Below, piece by piece: positions 13,761 to 26,519 of a stretch of DNA of 64,000 nucleotides (its first letter is position 1; every line of letters starts with the position of its first letter). Under the pieces are notes generated by a model. That model saw only the letters and a program-made list of their open reading frames with translations, did no database searches and was not told the DNA's origin. The DNA is from Camelus ferus (Eukaryota), in NCBI RefSeq assembly GCF_009834535.1, contig NC_045697.1, positions 29,390,001 to 29,454,000 on the forward strand. The letters are read 5' to 3'. A program made the position numbers and the translations under genes.

Positions 13761-14461
13761 CCCCATGGCTGCAGGGGCTGGGTGGCGGGAGACAGGTCAC
13801 TGGGTCTCAGTGACATGGAGGTGTGCAGGGACCTGGGCCTCACTGGAGAATGGAGTTTGGGTCTCAGTTTCAGGAGACTGCGGGGTGCAGGAGTTACAGG
13901 AGCACAGTGCACCTGCCTCCCTGCTCCCCCTTCTTATACCTCTCATTCCAGAACTTCTCAAACATCCATGAGAGGAGAGAGAGGACCTCCAGTGAACAAC
14001 AGTGTCCCATCATCTAGCTTCACGGTAACCCAGACGTGGCCCAACTCAGCCTTTCAGACTTTTTTCCAATCATCCTGAAAGATCTTATGCCCATTTGTAA
14101 GAGTAATTTAATGCTTTCTAGAGCTTTTCCTGTATACTGAGAGGGACAAGAAATTGCCTTAATAACCATCCTCCACAGCGACAGTATTCCTGACAGAAAG
14201 TACAAACCAAAGCTGTCAGACCAGCCCAGTGCCCCGTGTGGGGATCTGGGCGCGGGGTTAGGGGGGTCACCCAGCCAGGCAGGGCCCGCAGGGTCTCTGA
14301 CATCATGATGAGGGCATTTCAGGAGCCTTCCTTGGGGAGCCTTAGTGGCTCTGTGCCCCCACTTCTCTCCTCAGAGCTGCTAGTGGTACTTGGGCTGCAG
14401 CTCCCTGGCAAGTGTTGGATCTCAGAGCTGAGCCAGGTTGGGATGGGCTTCCACGCCACCC

Positions 14462-14519
14462 CACGCCATGGATCAGGCACGCCATGGACCAGGCACGCCA
14501 TGGACCAGGCACCCCATGG
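14462..14519. repeat. 16-bp minisatellite CACGCCATGGACCAGG, ~3.6 copies
   Basis: Units start at 14462, 14478, 14494 and 14510 (partial). Confidence 0.9.
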
Positions 14520-17500
14520 TCATGCCTCCTACAGCACCTTGGCGTGGGCATCTACAAGACCACAGAGCTGGCCCAGATGTCCCACAAGGTCCAGTCAGAA
14601 CAGGCACTGTCTTTTCCAACAGATTATTCTAGATGCCCATCAGTCGGAGACATTCTGTCTGACACTGAGCAGCAAGGACCATTTTTGTCCTCTGCTTACT
14701 CCCCGAGTGAGAAGCCATTTGCTAAAAGAGGTGCCACCCCATTTATTTTGTGCAGTCGGGGGATCCCTGTACTCCCTTTATAAACCAGTACGTGCAACAT
14801 TTATAGCTGTGTCTCTTCCTTAAACTGTAACAGAAGTGAGGACCAGGGATCAACTACCTTTCACCATTTGCTGGCTGAGCCTTTGCATTTCTAACTCTTT
14901 TTGTTCCTCTCCTTTTGCTGTTCTCCCCAGTAATTATTCCCCCAGAGGACAGGCCTCAAGTTCTGCCAGAGAAAAATGTCAGTGCTAAGACATCTTACAT
15001 GACAGCCTCAAATTTCTTAATGGCAAAGAAAAAGAACAAAAGATTTGCTGTTATTGTTCTCAGCTGAACAGCATTTTAATTGCCCTGCAGGGGGTTAATC
15101 CATCTTGCTGGAATGAATGAATAAACGAGTCTTTATTCAAACGTGTTCTATTAACAAGTGGCCAAGACAGAACGGCTCACCCTTTCCCTAAATCTCCCCC
15201 TGCCTCCCCTGCAGCAACTCTCAGATAAATGAAATTTGCTTATGTGTATATCCCTCCTCAAAAGGAATTTAAGAGGCATCTACAGACCTCTTAGCAGTCA
15301 CGCAGGCTAACATTTCAAAGTCCCTCCTTCCACAGCAACCCAGACAGGGGTGCCCAGACTCTCTCAGTCGTACAAAGTCTCATTTACTTAATGGAGCAGC
15401 CTGCTCCCTTGCTGGAACGCTCCCTGTGAATCAAAATATATCTTTTCTTAATGATGAATGGAAACTTGCCTCCCTGCAACTTTTGCCTATGGGATCAGGC
15501 TCCACTTTCCGGAGCAGCCCAGAACGAGCCACCCTCGTCAGCCACGTGACAACCCGGATGTGTCTGGCAGTGGCTCTCTCCCCTCTTCTGCTAGAGTCCC
15601 TCCATTCAGTCTCTCCACAATTTGGTAACATCTTTTACATAACCCGCATTTGCTCTGAGCAAATACATGTTTGATGCGGGGAATATTTGAAGGCTGGCAC
15701 ATGATAGGCCATTGATTAATGTTAGCTGTTATTATAAACCAGGGAAAAGAAGTCAAAGAAAAAGCCCACTTTGAAATACGGTCTCCTCAACCACAAGGGA
15801 TGTTTTAATAAATCTTTGCACTGATATGAATATAATAAGACTTGCTGAAATGTACCTGAAGACCCTTTCCTCCCAGCTTATCCTTCTGTAGAAGCGATAA
15901 GCGAACAGAGTCATTACCACCTCAGAGGACAGGTCCCACCTGCAAGGACGGACAAAAGAGCAGCAAAGAGATTTGATCCAAACGTTCCATTTCTAGCCCC
16001 TTCTCGATAAAGGGCCATCTCTCTTCTTTGTCTCGCCTGCACAGGGCCTACATGGAAGGGTCCTATTTTCAAGACTGCCTGCTCGTCTTTGCCTGACTGC
16101 CCTTATCTTCTAATTGCACTTGGAAAAATCCTGTTGGGGAGGAGGGGTAGGAAGAAAGTGGGGGGAGGGAGTTGAGAAATGTCCTCTTCCTAAATGGCTT
16201 ATCCAGAAGGCTATGCACACACACATGGGCACGCACATGACTTTAGTTTTTTTAATCTTACCCAGTGGCACATGCACCACACACAGGCATCACTAATTTC
16301 CCAAAGCTCAGGCTCTAGTTTGGTAAACTCATCTTTCTTTTCCCTTCTTTGCAAGCTTAAAAGAGGCTGAGTTTGTAAACTCTGATAGGGGCATTTGAGC
16401 AACTCATCACCTGGGTAAACACACATTCTCCACAGGGAATCCTTCACCAGGCACGTTCATGAGAGGTACAGACTGTGTACACGGCAGATTTCCAATTCTA
16501 CCACCTGCAAATAATCCAGGTGGCTTGGGCGAACCAGAATTTGTAGTCCTCTCTAGAACAGTCTTGCTGTTAATATTCAGAGCAGCTGGCTCCCTGTGAG
16601 ACCTGAATAAACACAGAGGGTGGAACCAGCAAATATCTGAAAACACCCTCACCACTGGCTCCGACAAGCCTTGTGGTTACTTTACATGAAGAAGCTCACA
16701 TTCAAACCCACAGCCTTCATCCTCCAGAACCTTCCCCTACCTCTGGGGCCAGAGCCTCCTCAAAAGCAATTAAAAAGTCAGTCATGCTCCCAAATTCTCC
16801 TAATCACACCCTGTGGAAGGCCGACCTCAGTACTGTTGCCCATCCAGCCTACGGTCTCCATCCCCTCCGGCCACCAAGTCGTGACGGCAGCTCATCCCTG
16901 GGAGAAAGGCGGCCACCAGTCGGAGCTCAGCCCCAGCCGGAGGGTCACCTGAGACGGACTCCGGCACAAAGAGCAGTAATCACAGTCATTCTTCCAAGGA
17001 GAAAAATTCCAAAACTGTCTCCTTCCATCAGAAATGGAGCTTTTTATTAAGTGACAGAGCTGTGGAATCACGGAACTTAAAAGCCCCCAATCAACCAAAT
17101 GGTCAGGCTGAGGTTCTGAGCAAAGGAAACACACACACCTGAGGAATAAACGTCTTCCATTTCAGAGTCATGGCCTTTCCGTGGTTATGTTCTTCTGGAT
17201 GTGGGAAGGGAGGGGAATTCCATACAGTTTGGCTAATAATCAAGATTGAAAGTGAGTTGGTCCTTCTGGCTACTGGCCTAGAGTCAACCTTACCTGGGAA
17301 ACTATAGAGAAGTCATAACAAGCAAGTCCTAATACGAGTTCTTCTAGAAGCACGAAAGGTCTCCTCACACTTGAACCCTATTCCTATCACGCCTAGTACC
17401 TAACACACTGATTGGACTCTGCCCAGCCGTGAGCACGAGTGACCAAGTTCCTGTTCCTCTTAACCACCCTGCCCATCACCTGCCCCAGACAGGGTCAAGC

Positions 17501-17559
17501 AGCAGAGGATCGGGGACCCAGAGGCAATTTCACACTGTTTTAAGTGCAAGACAAACAAC

Positions 17560-17770
17560 AATGAGGATGAGAAAATGTTAAACACAACAAAGACAGCGAT
17601 GGCTCTGAGGATGGCAACAGGGCATGAAGAGAGGGCATGAAGAAAGCACATGAGCTTTGCCAGACACTTAAGACAGCACGAAGGGGGAGAAGTGAACATC
17701 GGTTGGTTACCTCTCTCTGAATCCGGGAAGGCATGAGGGAACAGAGCAGAAACAACACGTTAGCATTCAG
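17560..17770 (-). promoter_or_regulatory. Splicing-regulatory elements around the microexon (branch point, pyrimidine tract, UGC, downstream YCAY cluster)
   Basis: TGCTAAC at 17765-17759, TGC at 17733-17731, and about 8 YCAY motifs within ~150 nt downstream of the donor. Confidence 0.65.
17711..17716 (-). CDS. APBB2: APBB2 6-nt alternative microexon AGAGAG, adding 2 aa in PTB1 (GRDNGR-ER-DFAY)
   Basis: Minus strand reads tgctaac...tttctgctctgttccctcaTGCcttcccggattcag|AGAGAG|gtaacc. It is phase 2/2 and preserves frame. It sits at the same position as the known 6-nt neuronal microexon of the paralog APBB1/FE65. Confidence 0.88.
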
Positions 17771-20700
17771 CCGGCATCTGGGAAATAACACCATCCTGAT
17801 AACAGCAACTCTGAGCACGGACGTCCCATCTTATTTCCCAACTTTGCTGCAATTAATAGCCTTTTGGTGCTTATTTTAGCTGAACTCCCTCACACAGAAG
17901 TGTGTATTTTGAGCCACATTACGATGAAGCCAAGAGACGCCAGCTGAGTTTACAGAGGCAACATATCAACCGGGGGAGGTAATCAAGCCTAAAATATCAC
18001 ATTGAAATACAGGAAACTGCGGTGAACACCGGCGGAGTACTTATCCTCGTCTTCCACTCCTCCTGTTCCCAGTAAAAAAACATTTGGAAACAATGATATG
18101 GAAACAGCCTTACCTGCTTTATAACACTTCTGACATCCTATTCATAGAGCTACAACTTTATAATCCAGGTACTTTCATGGAAGCGCATCGAGAGAGAGCA
18201 ACAGAGCAGGAGGGAGCAGTGACAGAGAGGCAGAGGTGGGACGAGGCAGGGCCAGTAAATGGGAGCATTAAGGTGAGGAGGACACAGACTTTGCCCTCCT
18301 TGGAGAGGAGCTGAAAGCAGTCTGGGATTTGGGGCCAAAGGCTTTGAGTCCATCCCCAGAGCTGCTCTGCTAATGAAGTCACCAAACCTCCCGAGCCAAG
18401 GTGCTCCCCACCGGCTTCTGGTCTCAGCACAGCCCATGTGAAGGGGCCCAAGGACAGAGCCTCAGGCATGCATTACTTGTGCCAGGCTGAGGAGGTGGGA
18501 GCACCAACACAAGGAGGAAAGGCAGAAGCCCGCTCTGTTAGGCGCCCTGTGGCCTGGGTCACAGAGCGGCCAGCAGAGCCCCGCGGAGATGAGAGCTGAA
18601 ATCAGAGTGAAGAGCCAGCAGCCCCAGCGATCTGCAGTCACTGGGCAGAAAGCTGTCACTGGGCAGGAGCTGTCCCTCCTCATACAGAACAGCAGCCGTG
18701 ACAGATTATTAAATGGGGGGAAGCAAACGACCTAAGCTGAAGATGTATGGTCTTAGAGGAAAACCAACATAAAAGTTTAAGTGTGTATTTTAATAAATGC
18801 ATGGTAAAAAATCTGGAACAATTTAACATCCAAAGCGTCACCTCTTATCTGGAGGGGGGATTACAGAAGATTGTATTTAATATGTTTATTTGAATATTAA
18901 ACAATAAGCACACATGACTTCTGTAATACAAATATGTCAGTATCTACCTCAATACTTGAGGGAAACCACTGTGATACGCATGCCCCAAGGCAGAGGTGAC
19001 CACGCGGCAGTGTATGTGACCACCACAGTCACTCCCAGCGACTACCAACTACTGTTTCCTGAATTCTGGTTCTGTGTCGCCAAAACAGCAACCTGATAAG
19101 GTAAATACTACTGTTCTCACTGATAGAAACGGAAACAAGCTCAGAGAGACTGAGGGATTTAACCAAGGTCACACAGCGGTACCCGGTGAAGCCAGCATTT
19201 CACTGTAGGCCTGCGGGACTCTAGTTCTGGTCTTCTGAGAATGAGGACCTCATGCTTCCTCACAGCCCTGCATAACCACCTCATGCTTATCTCCCAAATG
19301 AGCCAGCAGGTTGCTATGCACTGGTGTTCAAGATGGGGCAAAGGGTTTGCAACTGGGGTTTCAGATGAACAGGGGAACCCCCCTCCCTCTCTGTGGCCTG
19401 TGAACTTTTTTAGGGGGAGAAGGTGGCTGAAAGTTCCCAAGCAAGGCCCTTTGGTTGAGCAGGCAGAGCTGTGTTCAAATCCTGTTGGTGGCCGTGCCCT
19501 TTTGGGTCTACTACTGACTCTCTCTTTCCCCTGGGCTCCCTCTCTGTGCCAGGCACACCGTGTGGGATGGTGTGCCCCTCAGAACCTGCTTCCTTGTCAG
19601 GAAAAAAGGGACAAGGACTCCAGCTCAGGGTAATTATAGGAACTAAATTAAGTGAGACGGTGTGTGCAGAGAACGTCTGGTGTGTCACAAAGTGCAACAG
19701 ACTGCATCACTGTAGCGATCATCACCAGGTCACTTGATGGTGTCATGTCAGCTGGGTCATGCTGGGCAGAGCGTGAGATGAAATGTCTCCCATGGAAGGG
19801 AGGGCACTTGGGGGAGTGTCTGTGGCCCTCCCTTCAGATTTGCTGGGTACCACTTTTCATAGCATGAGGTCACCTCTGGCACCTGTCCCTCTGCAGTGCC
19901 CCACTAGTAAAAAGCCAGTCTTTGGAGGCAATTTAGATTATCAGTAAAGGATCCAAAGTCCTGGATTCTAGTCTCAGTTTGAGCAAACACTCTGCAAATC
20001 ACTTCACCTGAGTCCTGGGTTTTTCATCTCAGATCATTTGCTCTAGGAATCTCCCAATGCTCAGATTTTTATCAGAAAAGGATTCAAGTGCTTTGACTCT
20101 TACTACAAAGACGAATGGGCAGCATTTCTTTGATTAGTTTTTGATTTATGCCAGATGATTTTAATTTTTAATTCTTACTATAAAGGCCATACCTAGCACA
20201 CGTAGTATATTTAAGTAAACTTAAACCTAGACATTGGAGGATACCATTTGTTTCTTTTGTGTTTATTATTGGAGCCTTGGATATTTTAAATCAGACCTAT
20301 TACTAGTGATTCACTTAAGAAAATAACATCAATACATAGAATACAATACAGTGCAATACTACTATGTTTTTTTCCTGAAGGCAGTACTCAGAAAATGACA
20401 CTGTGAACTTTTAACAAGGTTAATTCTTTGGAGTTAATAGACACTGCTTGATTTAAGTGTTGAAGTAAAAACCAGCCATGAGTAGGGACTTCAGAGTGAT
20501 TTTTGAAATGTCATTCAAAAAATGCAGAAGAGTCACAGTGACAGCTGTTCAACCAATCCAACACCTTGTAATGTGCAGGGGGAAAAAACAGCAGCCCGAA
20601 GCTGGGCTTCGGCAAAGGCCACGCCATTCTGAGGGTGGGGAGAGCTAAATTTAGAGTCAGGCACAAGCTTACTCCCTTCTCACTGTTCACGATGCCAGTG

Positions 20701-23339
20701 GGAAGACTCCAACCCCACGATTAATTCCATACCAGCTGCAGGCCCCAAGGCTGCCTGGTCAGCATGCTCTTGGAAGCTGTTAATTGGGAAAATGAATGGA
20801 GGGGTAATTGGCAATGTTTTCATTAAGATAAGCCTGAAATAACAACTACTTGGCGTACGTAACTGCATCCAAATGAATAGGAAATTCCTCAAAAAAAAAA
20901 AAAAAAAAAAAAAGCATACTAGAATGACAATGTCTAGTCCAGTTTTTTGGAAGAGGACGCATGTCCAATTCCCCAGCACAGCCACCTACTTCTTATGCAA
21001 TGCACACCATCTACTTTTCACAAACTGAGCACGTAAAGCAAAGACTTGCCAGGGTACGTCTCACTCCATTTTTGCAGAACTCTCTGCTTTGTGCTACTTT
21101 TCGATGCTTGTCTTTCGTCACTGAGAGTCTTTTAACCCTTCCGAGCACCAACACAGACCGGCATTATCCACATGGCAATGAAGTAAAAACATAAAACTTC
21201 ACATCATGAAAACTCTCACACCAACTCCTGAACCTTACGGTTCATCTTTTTCCACAGCTTCAAGTTCTTTGGTCTGTGACATTTCTTCACTGTTTGCCCT
21301 GTCTCAAGGCCCTTAGGCCCTCTGTTCTCCAGCTTCCTCAACTGTGAAATGGGAGCGACACTGGTACTCACCTCCTAAGGGTGCTGTGAGGATCGCGTCC
21401 ATGAATCTCTGTGAGACTCACAGCAGAGGTGTATTCAGTGTGGACCTGATGTGTACGATCAGCAGTGCGGTTACCATCTGAGGGTGCGAAAAGGGAGGTC
21501 TGCCGAGAAGATGTTTCTAACCTGTTCAGGGTCAGGGAGCCTTTTGGACTCTGATGAAAACACTCCAGGAAGAGATGTGCACAGACACCCAACTTTATAC
21601 ACCATCTCAAGGGGTGGAGGAGAAAGTCCAATAATCCCTGAAACTCATTCACAGACACCCTGTAGGTGAAAAACTTCTGAACTGAATTCTGAGTTTATGC
21701 CAATTACCATCTGGTGTCCAGTGAATTTCAGAAAATTCAGCTTAGGGGAAGGGCCTGTCCTTCCCAGGACCAAACGGAGACAGAAAACCCCCACTCTGAC
21801 AAGTGCACCTGACTTTGCAAAGTGAATTCCCTTCCCACCTCATTGCTCCTGCAGCCTCTTCCCACAGCCCCCCGCTGGCACGACGAAACCTATTAACTGT
21901 TAGACATAGGAGCTGGAGTTCCAAATGGAGTAAGTGTGAAACTGAGGACCTAAAGTGGTTTAAGGTTATTGAAATTCAAGGCACATTTTTCTAAACAAAG
22001 GACTTTCTCATGCCACTGGGAGAGAAGACACAAGAGTTACCAGCCAGCTTACTAATGAGGGAAAAAGGATATTTGAGAGCAACAGGAAATGAGGATTTTT
22101 TGAAAGTCCATCTTTGAAGATAGCAAGAATTAACGAGAGTCTGCTTTCATCTGCGCTGTATTACAGTTTAAAAAAAAGAAAAAGAAAAAAAAACCTTGCT
22201 TCTCTGAATAGCTGAGCAGAAAGAGAATATGCACACACAATTTACATTTAGTTTTCAAGTGAGAGTTAACTTATGCCTTGTTACGGTTTCAGGGTATAAA
22301 GTTCAGGGTACAATCAAAGGATAAATTATGTAAAATATTCCTGAATTGTGAAACCATGGGCTGGCTTCCTTCCTGAAAGCAGAGATGGTAAAACCGAAAC
22401 AAAACACTTGATACTCAGAAGGCCCCATCTGACAAGGTATACGAACAAGTGAACGTTCAAAGACAGAGGAGGGAAGATGACAGCTCCGCACGCTGGGAAA
22501 GTGGTTTCCATGCGAAGAAGGGCCGTGAGCTCACCAGCCACTGGCAGGTCCGAGGGAAAACCACAGCAAGCCTGTGGGTGAAGTCCCTTCAGCTCCATGC
22601 ACCCAGCCTCACGGAGGCCTCATGTGGGCAAGGCACATTCTTAAATCCGTTTCTAAATTTTCAAGAGGCTTTAGGGCTCTCCCTATATAGCCAATCCCCA
22701 TTCCGTTGTGCAGACAGAAGGAATACTAGTGTAGATTAGCACAAAAAGCCAAGACATTTGGCCTTCATTTGAATTTTGGGAACTTATATGTAGACACAAG
22801 TATTTCTGATACTCTGTAAACTCAATAATGGCCACACAACCATAGACGTCAACACGAGGATGACTGAGCGCTAATAACAAAACAACAGTAGCGGTTCCTA
22901 TTTTACTCAATCTGCCACCCAGCCAGGCTCTGTTCTTGGTGCACATTAATGCCAAGCCACACAGTAACCCTGCAGGGGAGCCTCATGACTCTCACTTTAT
23001 AAATGTGAATCTAAAGTTCAGGGCATTGAACTTGCTCAAAATCCCCACCGCCAGAAAGTGGTGGATCCACAAAAGGAAGACAGGCTGGCCTGGCCGGACT
23101 TGTCTTTGCTGTGTTCTGGGGGCACCTGGCACTGCCTCCCTCCCAGCGGACAGGCTCTCCTCCCTTCTCAGCTCCTGTCTCTGTCTGTGTCGGGTCTTTG
23201 GTTCCACCACAGCAAGATGGGATGAAGTGCCAAAAACGAAGTGCTGTGCTTGATCTAGATAACTTTCCAGGGCAAAGGCCGAGGAGTTCATCCTTCACAC
23301 AGCAGCTGCTTATGCTGTTGCTCTCCTGCTTATGACCCG

Positions 23340-23740
23340 CCCCGCCGTCCATCTCTCTCTCTGACCTCACTTCCTGCCTCACCCACACCTGCTAGGCTCC
23401 ACTCTGTTCACAAACACGCACACCTGTTTCTGCCTTGGAGCCTCTGTGCACACTGTTTCTGCTGCCTGGATGCTTAGTCCCCCAGATCGCCCATGAAGGA
23501 CTCCTCCTTGCCATCATCACCTCCAAAAGACCCCTCCGGACCACCCAGTCACTGCCAACACTCAAGGCATCTAAAACCAGCCTGCTTATTTGTTTGCTGT
23601 CTGTCCTTCCTTCTCCCCAACAAAAAAGGAAAATCCATGTGAACAGGAACATTTCTGCCTGTTCACTCCCCACTGTGGGTAAGTGTTCACCCAGCACTGT
23701 CTGGCACATAGTAGGTAATCAATAAATATTTCTGAATAAA
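23340..23740 (+). mobile_element. L2 LINE 3' fragment
   Basis: Ends cagcactgtctggcacatagtaggtaatcaataaatatttctgaata, the L2 3' terminus. Confidence 0.75.
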
Positions 23741-24797
23741 AACTATGTGATGTAAAAAAGGACTCCCCGCTCCTCCTGACTGATCATCTTGGTAAGGGAA
23801 CAGCACTGTTAGTAACAGGCAGGTAGCTGGGTTTCTTTTTCTCTTGTTATTGTTTATCACAGTCGGCACTTTAAAAATGACTTTAGTTCACATTTTGTTT
23901 TCATGTCATCTGAAACAACGTTAATAAAACATATTTTATCTGAATGGACAGGAGGCGAGTTCTGAGAAGATGATTAATCTCTTGTGACTTGATTCGAAAG
24001 CAAAGCAAATCTATACTCTGATCATCTCTAGCAGAAACAACGTTTCCAGAACCCCTAACTAGATTCCTTCTTCATAGGATCTGTCTAAATGAAAAACGGC
24101 TCCTCTGCTCCTGAAGAAATCAATATATAAATTTCCCTTGTATATTGATTTCTATCAAGATATACCGACTCCCCAGATAATTTTCTTTATATTTGTACTC
24201 TAAGAGAAATAAACTTTTATCATTTAGAGAAAAGACCCCAGACAACACATTTCCATGCATACAGAGGCAGAGGAAGTATGGAGAGCTGGGCTAAATATAA
24301 GGCAGCACAGAGCACCCCTGCACCCCCAGAGGGGCTACGCTACCTCCGCAGGGGTTAACTTCTTGATTCAGTTTGAAAGACACATCTTTCCCATTCAGTA
24401 AGGCTACTCTTTACACACAGCTAGCCTTCTTATTCCAGCATCTTTTTTTCTTTTCCATCAAATATGATAAATCTGTACAAAACAAAACCACAATTCTATC
24501 ATGGTAGTAGCATGTTTTTCCTGTCTGAGTTTATCTTTTATTGTCTATATGTCTTCATATTCGACAAACAGAATTAACATGCCATCTTGAAGAAGCTCAA
24601 GCGTGGGCTTGGGGATGTTCGAATAACGGCCTGCCACCGAAGTACCCCTAACAGCCTGACTTTCGTCAGGAACACTCTCTGGAGACCAGTTTTCGGGAAA
24701 CCATAAAGCTGCCCAAAGGTGTCTGAGCCTTCTTCCTTCCAAAGGACAAGGTCTCTGTTTTACTGGTCACTGTGGTTTCCACTCAAGTCCTGTAACT

Positions 24798-25017
24798 CAG
24801 GGGTGGCAAATGATGGCCCCAGGATCGCAGTCCATCCGCCCGCTGCCTGTTTTAACAAATAGAGCGTCTCAGGAACACGGCCGCACCCCTTCACGTGCTG
24901 GTGCCTGCGGCTGCTTCTGTGCTACCACGACAGCACTGAGAGCCGCAACAGAGACCACAGAGCCCCAAATACTGAACATCTGGCCTTTTACAGAAAAAGT
25001 GTGGAACCCCACTCTAG
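24798..25017. mobile_element. hAT-Charlie MITE (MER58-like)
   Basis: caggggtggcaaa...atctggccttttacagaaaaagtgtggaacccc, with degenerate terminal inverted repeats. Confidence 0.75.
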
Positions 25018-25069
25018 TGACAACGTGATTCAAGGGTGCAACATACAACACGGACAGACACTGAGATTA

Positions 25070-25205
25070 GGACCAGCTGAAAAACATGTGGAGCCCAGAG
25101 CAAAATGAAAATGCAAGGCCTACATGAAAAATTATTACAAATTTCAAGATGGTACCAGCAGAGCAGTAAACCAAGCGTGCATTAAACCCATGCGACTGGC
25201 GGAGG
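25070..25205. mobile_element. hAT DNA transposon fragment (MER45-like)
   Basis: gcaaaatgaaaatg...aatttcaagatgg..cagcagagcagtaaaccaagcg. Confidence 0.55.
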
Positions 25206-26519
25206 TGGTGGAATAATCCTTGTTACAGGCGACAAACTCCAGGGCCAGCTGGAAGCTATTCCACCCAGATGCAAGAGTAAGAGCTCTTCCAGTTTGCAGC
25301 TGCTTTAGAATGAAAATATCTTTTGCTCAACTAAAATCTTACACGGATGCCCAGCCTGGGTCAGATCAACATGGATCTCTATGCTAGCCGTTTTATTTTA
25401 AAAGAGTCACTAGCAGACTATGACTCTTCTTAGAATGTTTTTCTTTTCTTTTCTTTTCTTTTTTGGAGGGGGGGTGGCAATAAAAAGCAAAACACATTAG
25501 ACTCCTTGAAAACAGCATTTTCATGTAACCTGGCAAACAGATGCATGCTTTGACATGACAGAATCAGGCCAAATCAGCCCGAATTGTCAACCATGCTCTC
25601 TGCAGCTGCTTCTCCTCTATCATAATTATTTCAACTGTCATAATTTATTCATCCCCAGACATGCTTACATGTTCTAGAGTAACCACTCCAGGCTTCCAGG
25701 TCACAGGGGATGGCAGCCCCAGTGACTTCTGCCCCTTCTCGTCTGCCTAAAATTCTGACTGCAGAAGGGATATTTTCTACTTGCGTTTCTATTTTTGTTT
25801 TTTTGCAAGCCCAAACCAAAGTTGGTTTCAAAACCAAAGTTGACTGGCAAAGACATTGTAAGCTTTCATGTTTACAAATCTGAGGCTAGAAGGTGGGGCC
25901 AAAAAATCCCATCAGAGACCAAATATTTCATTTCTCTACTTGTTAGATACAAGGACATGGCTTTTCTAGCTTGCAAAATGCACAGTGAATTTCCTGCAAA
26001 GTTACTAAGGAATTTTACTCTTTCTGATTTGAAATAGATATGGAACAAGTTTTATTTACAACAGACTACCAGTTGTTGGAACGATGCTGGATGTTGTCTC
26101 TGAAATAAACAACTTCAAATGCAGTTATCAATGGTTTCTTATAAATCTGGAAGCAAAGGTAGAGTAACTCCATGTGGATTAAAGCTTAAACCTGTCTTCT
26201 TTCTTACTTTGATCCTTTATTTTTATGACAGAACACAGAAAATGCTCAAAGGTCTGATAACAGTTGAGAAGGACAGTCAGGGCACTGAAGGGTGAAAACA
26301 TCCCGGAAAGATGGCCAAATGCACAGCAGTTCACTGGAGGATAAAACAAAACTAAGTCAAGGTCTTGGTAAAACACACATGGAAAGTGAGTTGCTCCACT
26401 GCTTAACTGTCTTTATACATTCTTTTTATTAATATGTATTTCCAACAGAAATAAACAATGAATCTAAAAACCCAGGTATGGTCCTAGATAATGACCCCTT
26501 CTGAATCTTCTACAGTCAA

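Noticed and set aside
14462..14519. Repeat array as CRISPR-like
   Set aside because: The units are contiguous with no spacers, and the context is eukaryotic.
14236..14823. Longest ORF (195 aa, + strand)
   Set aside because: No recognisable homology. It runs through the 16-bp minisatellite in a GC-rich tract and is antisense to APBB2.
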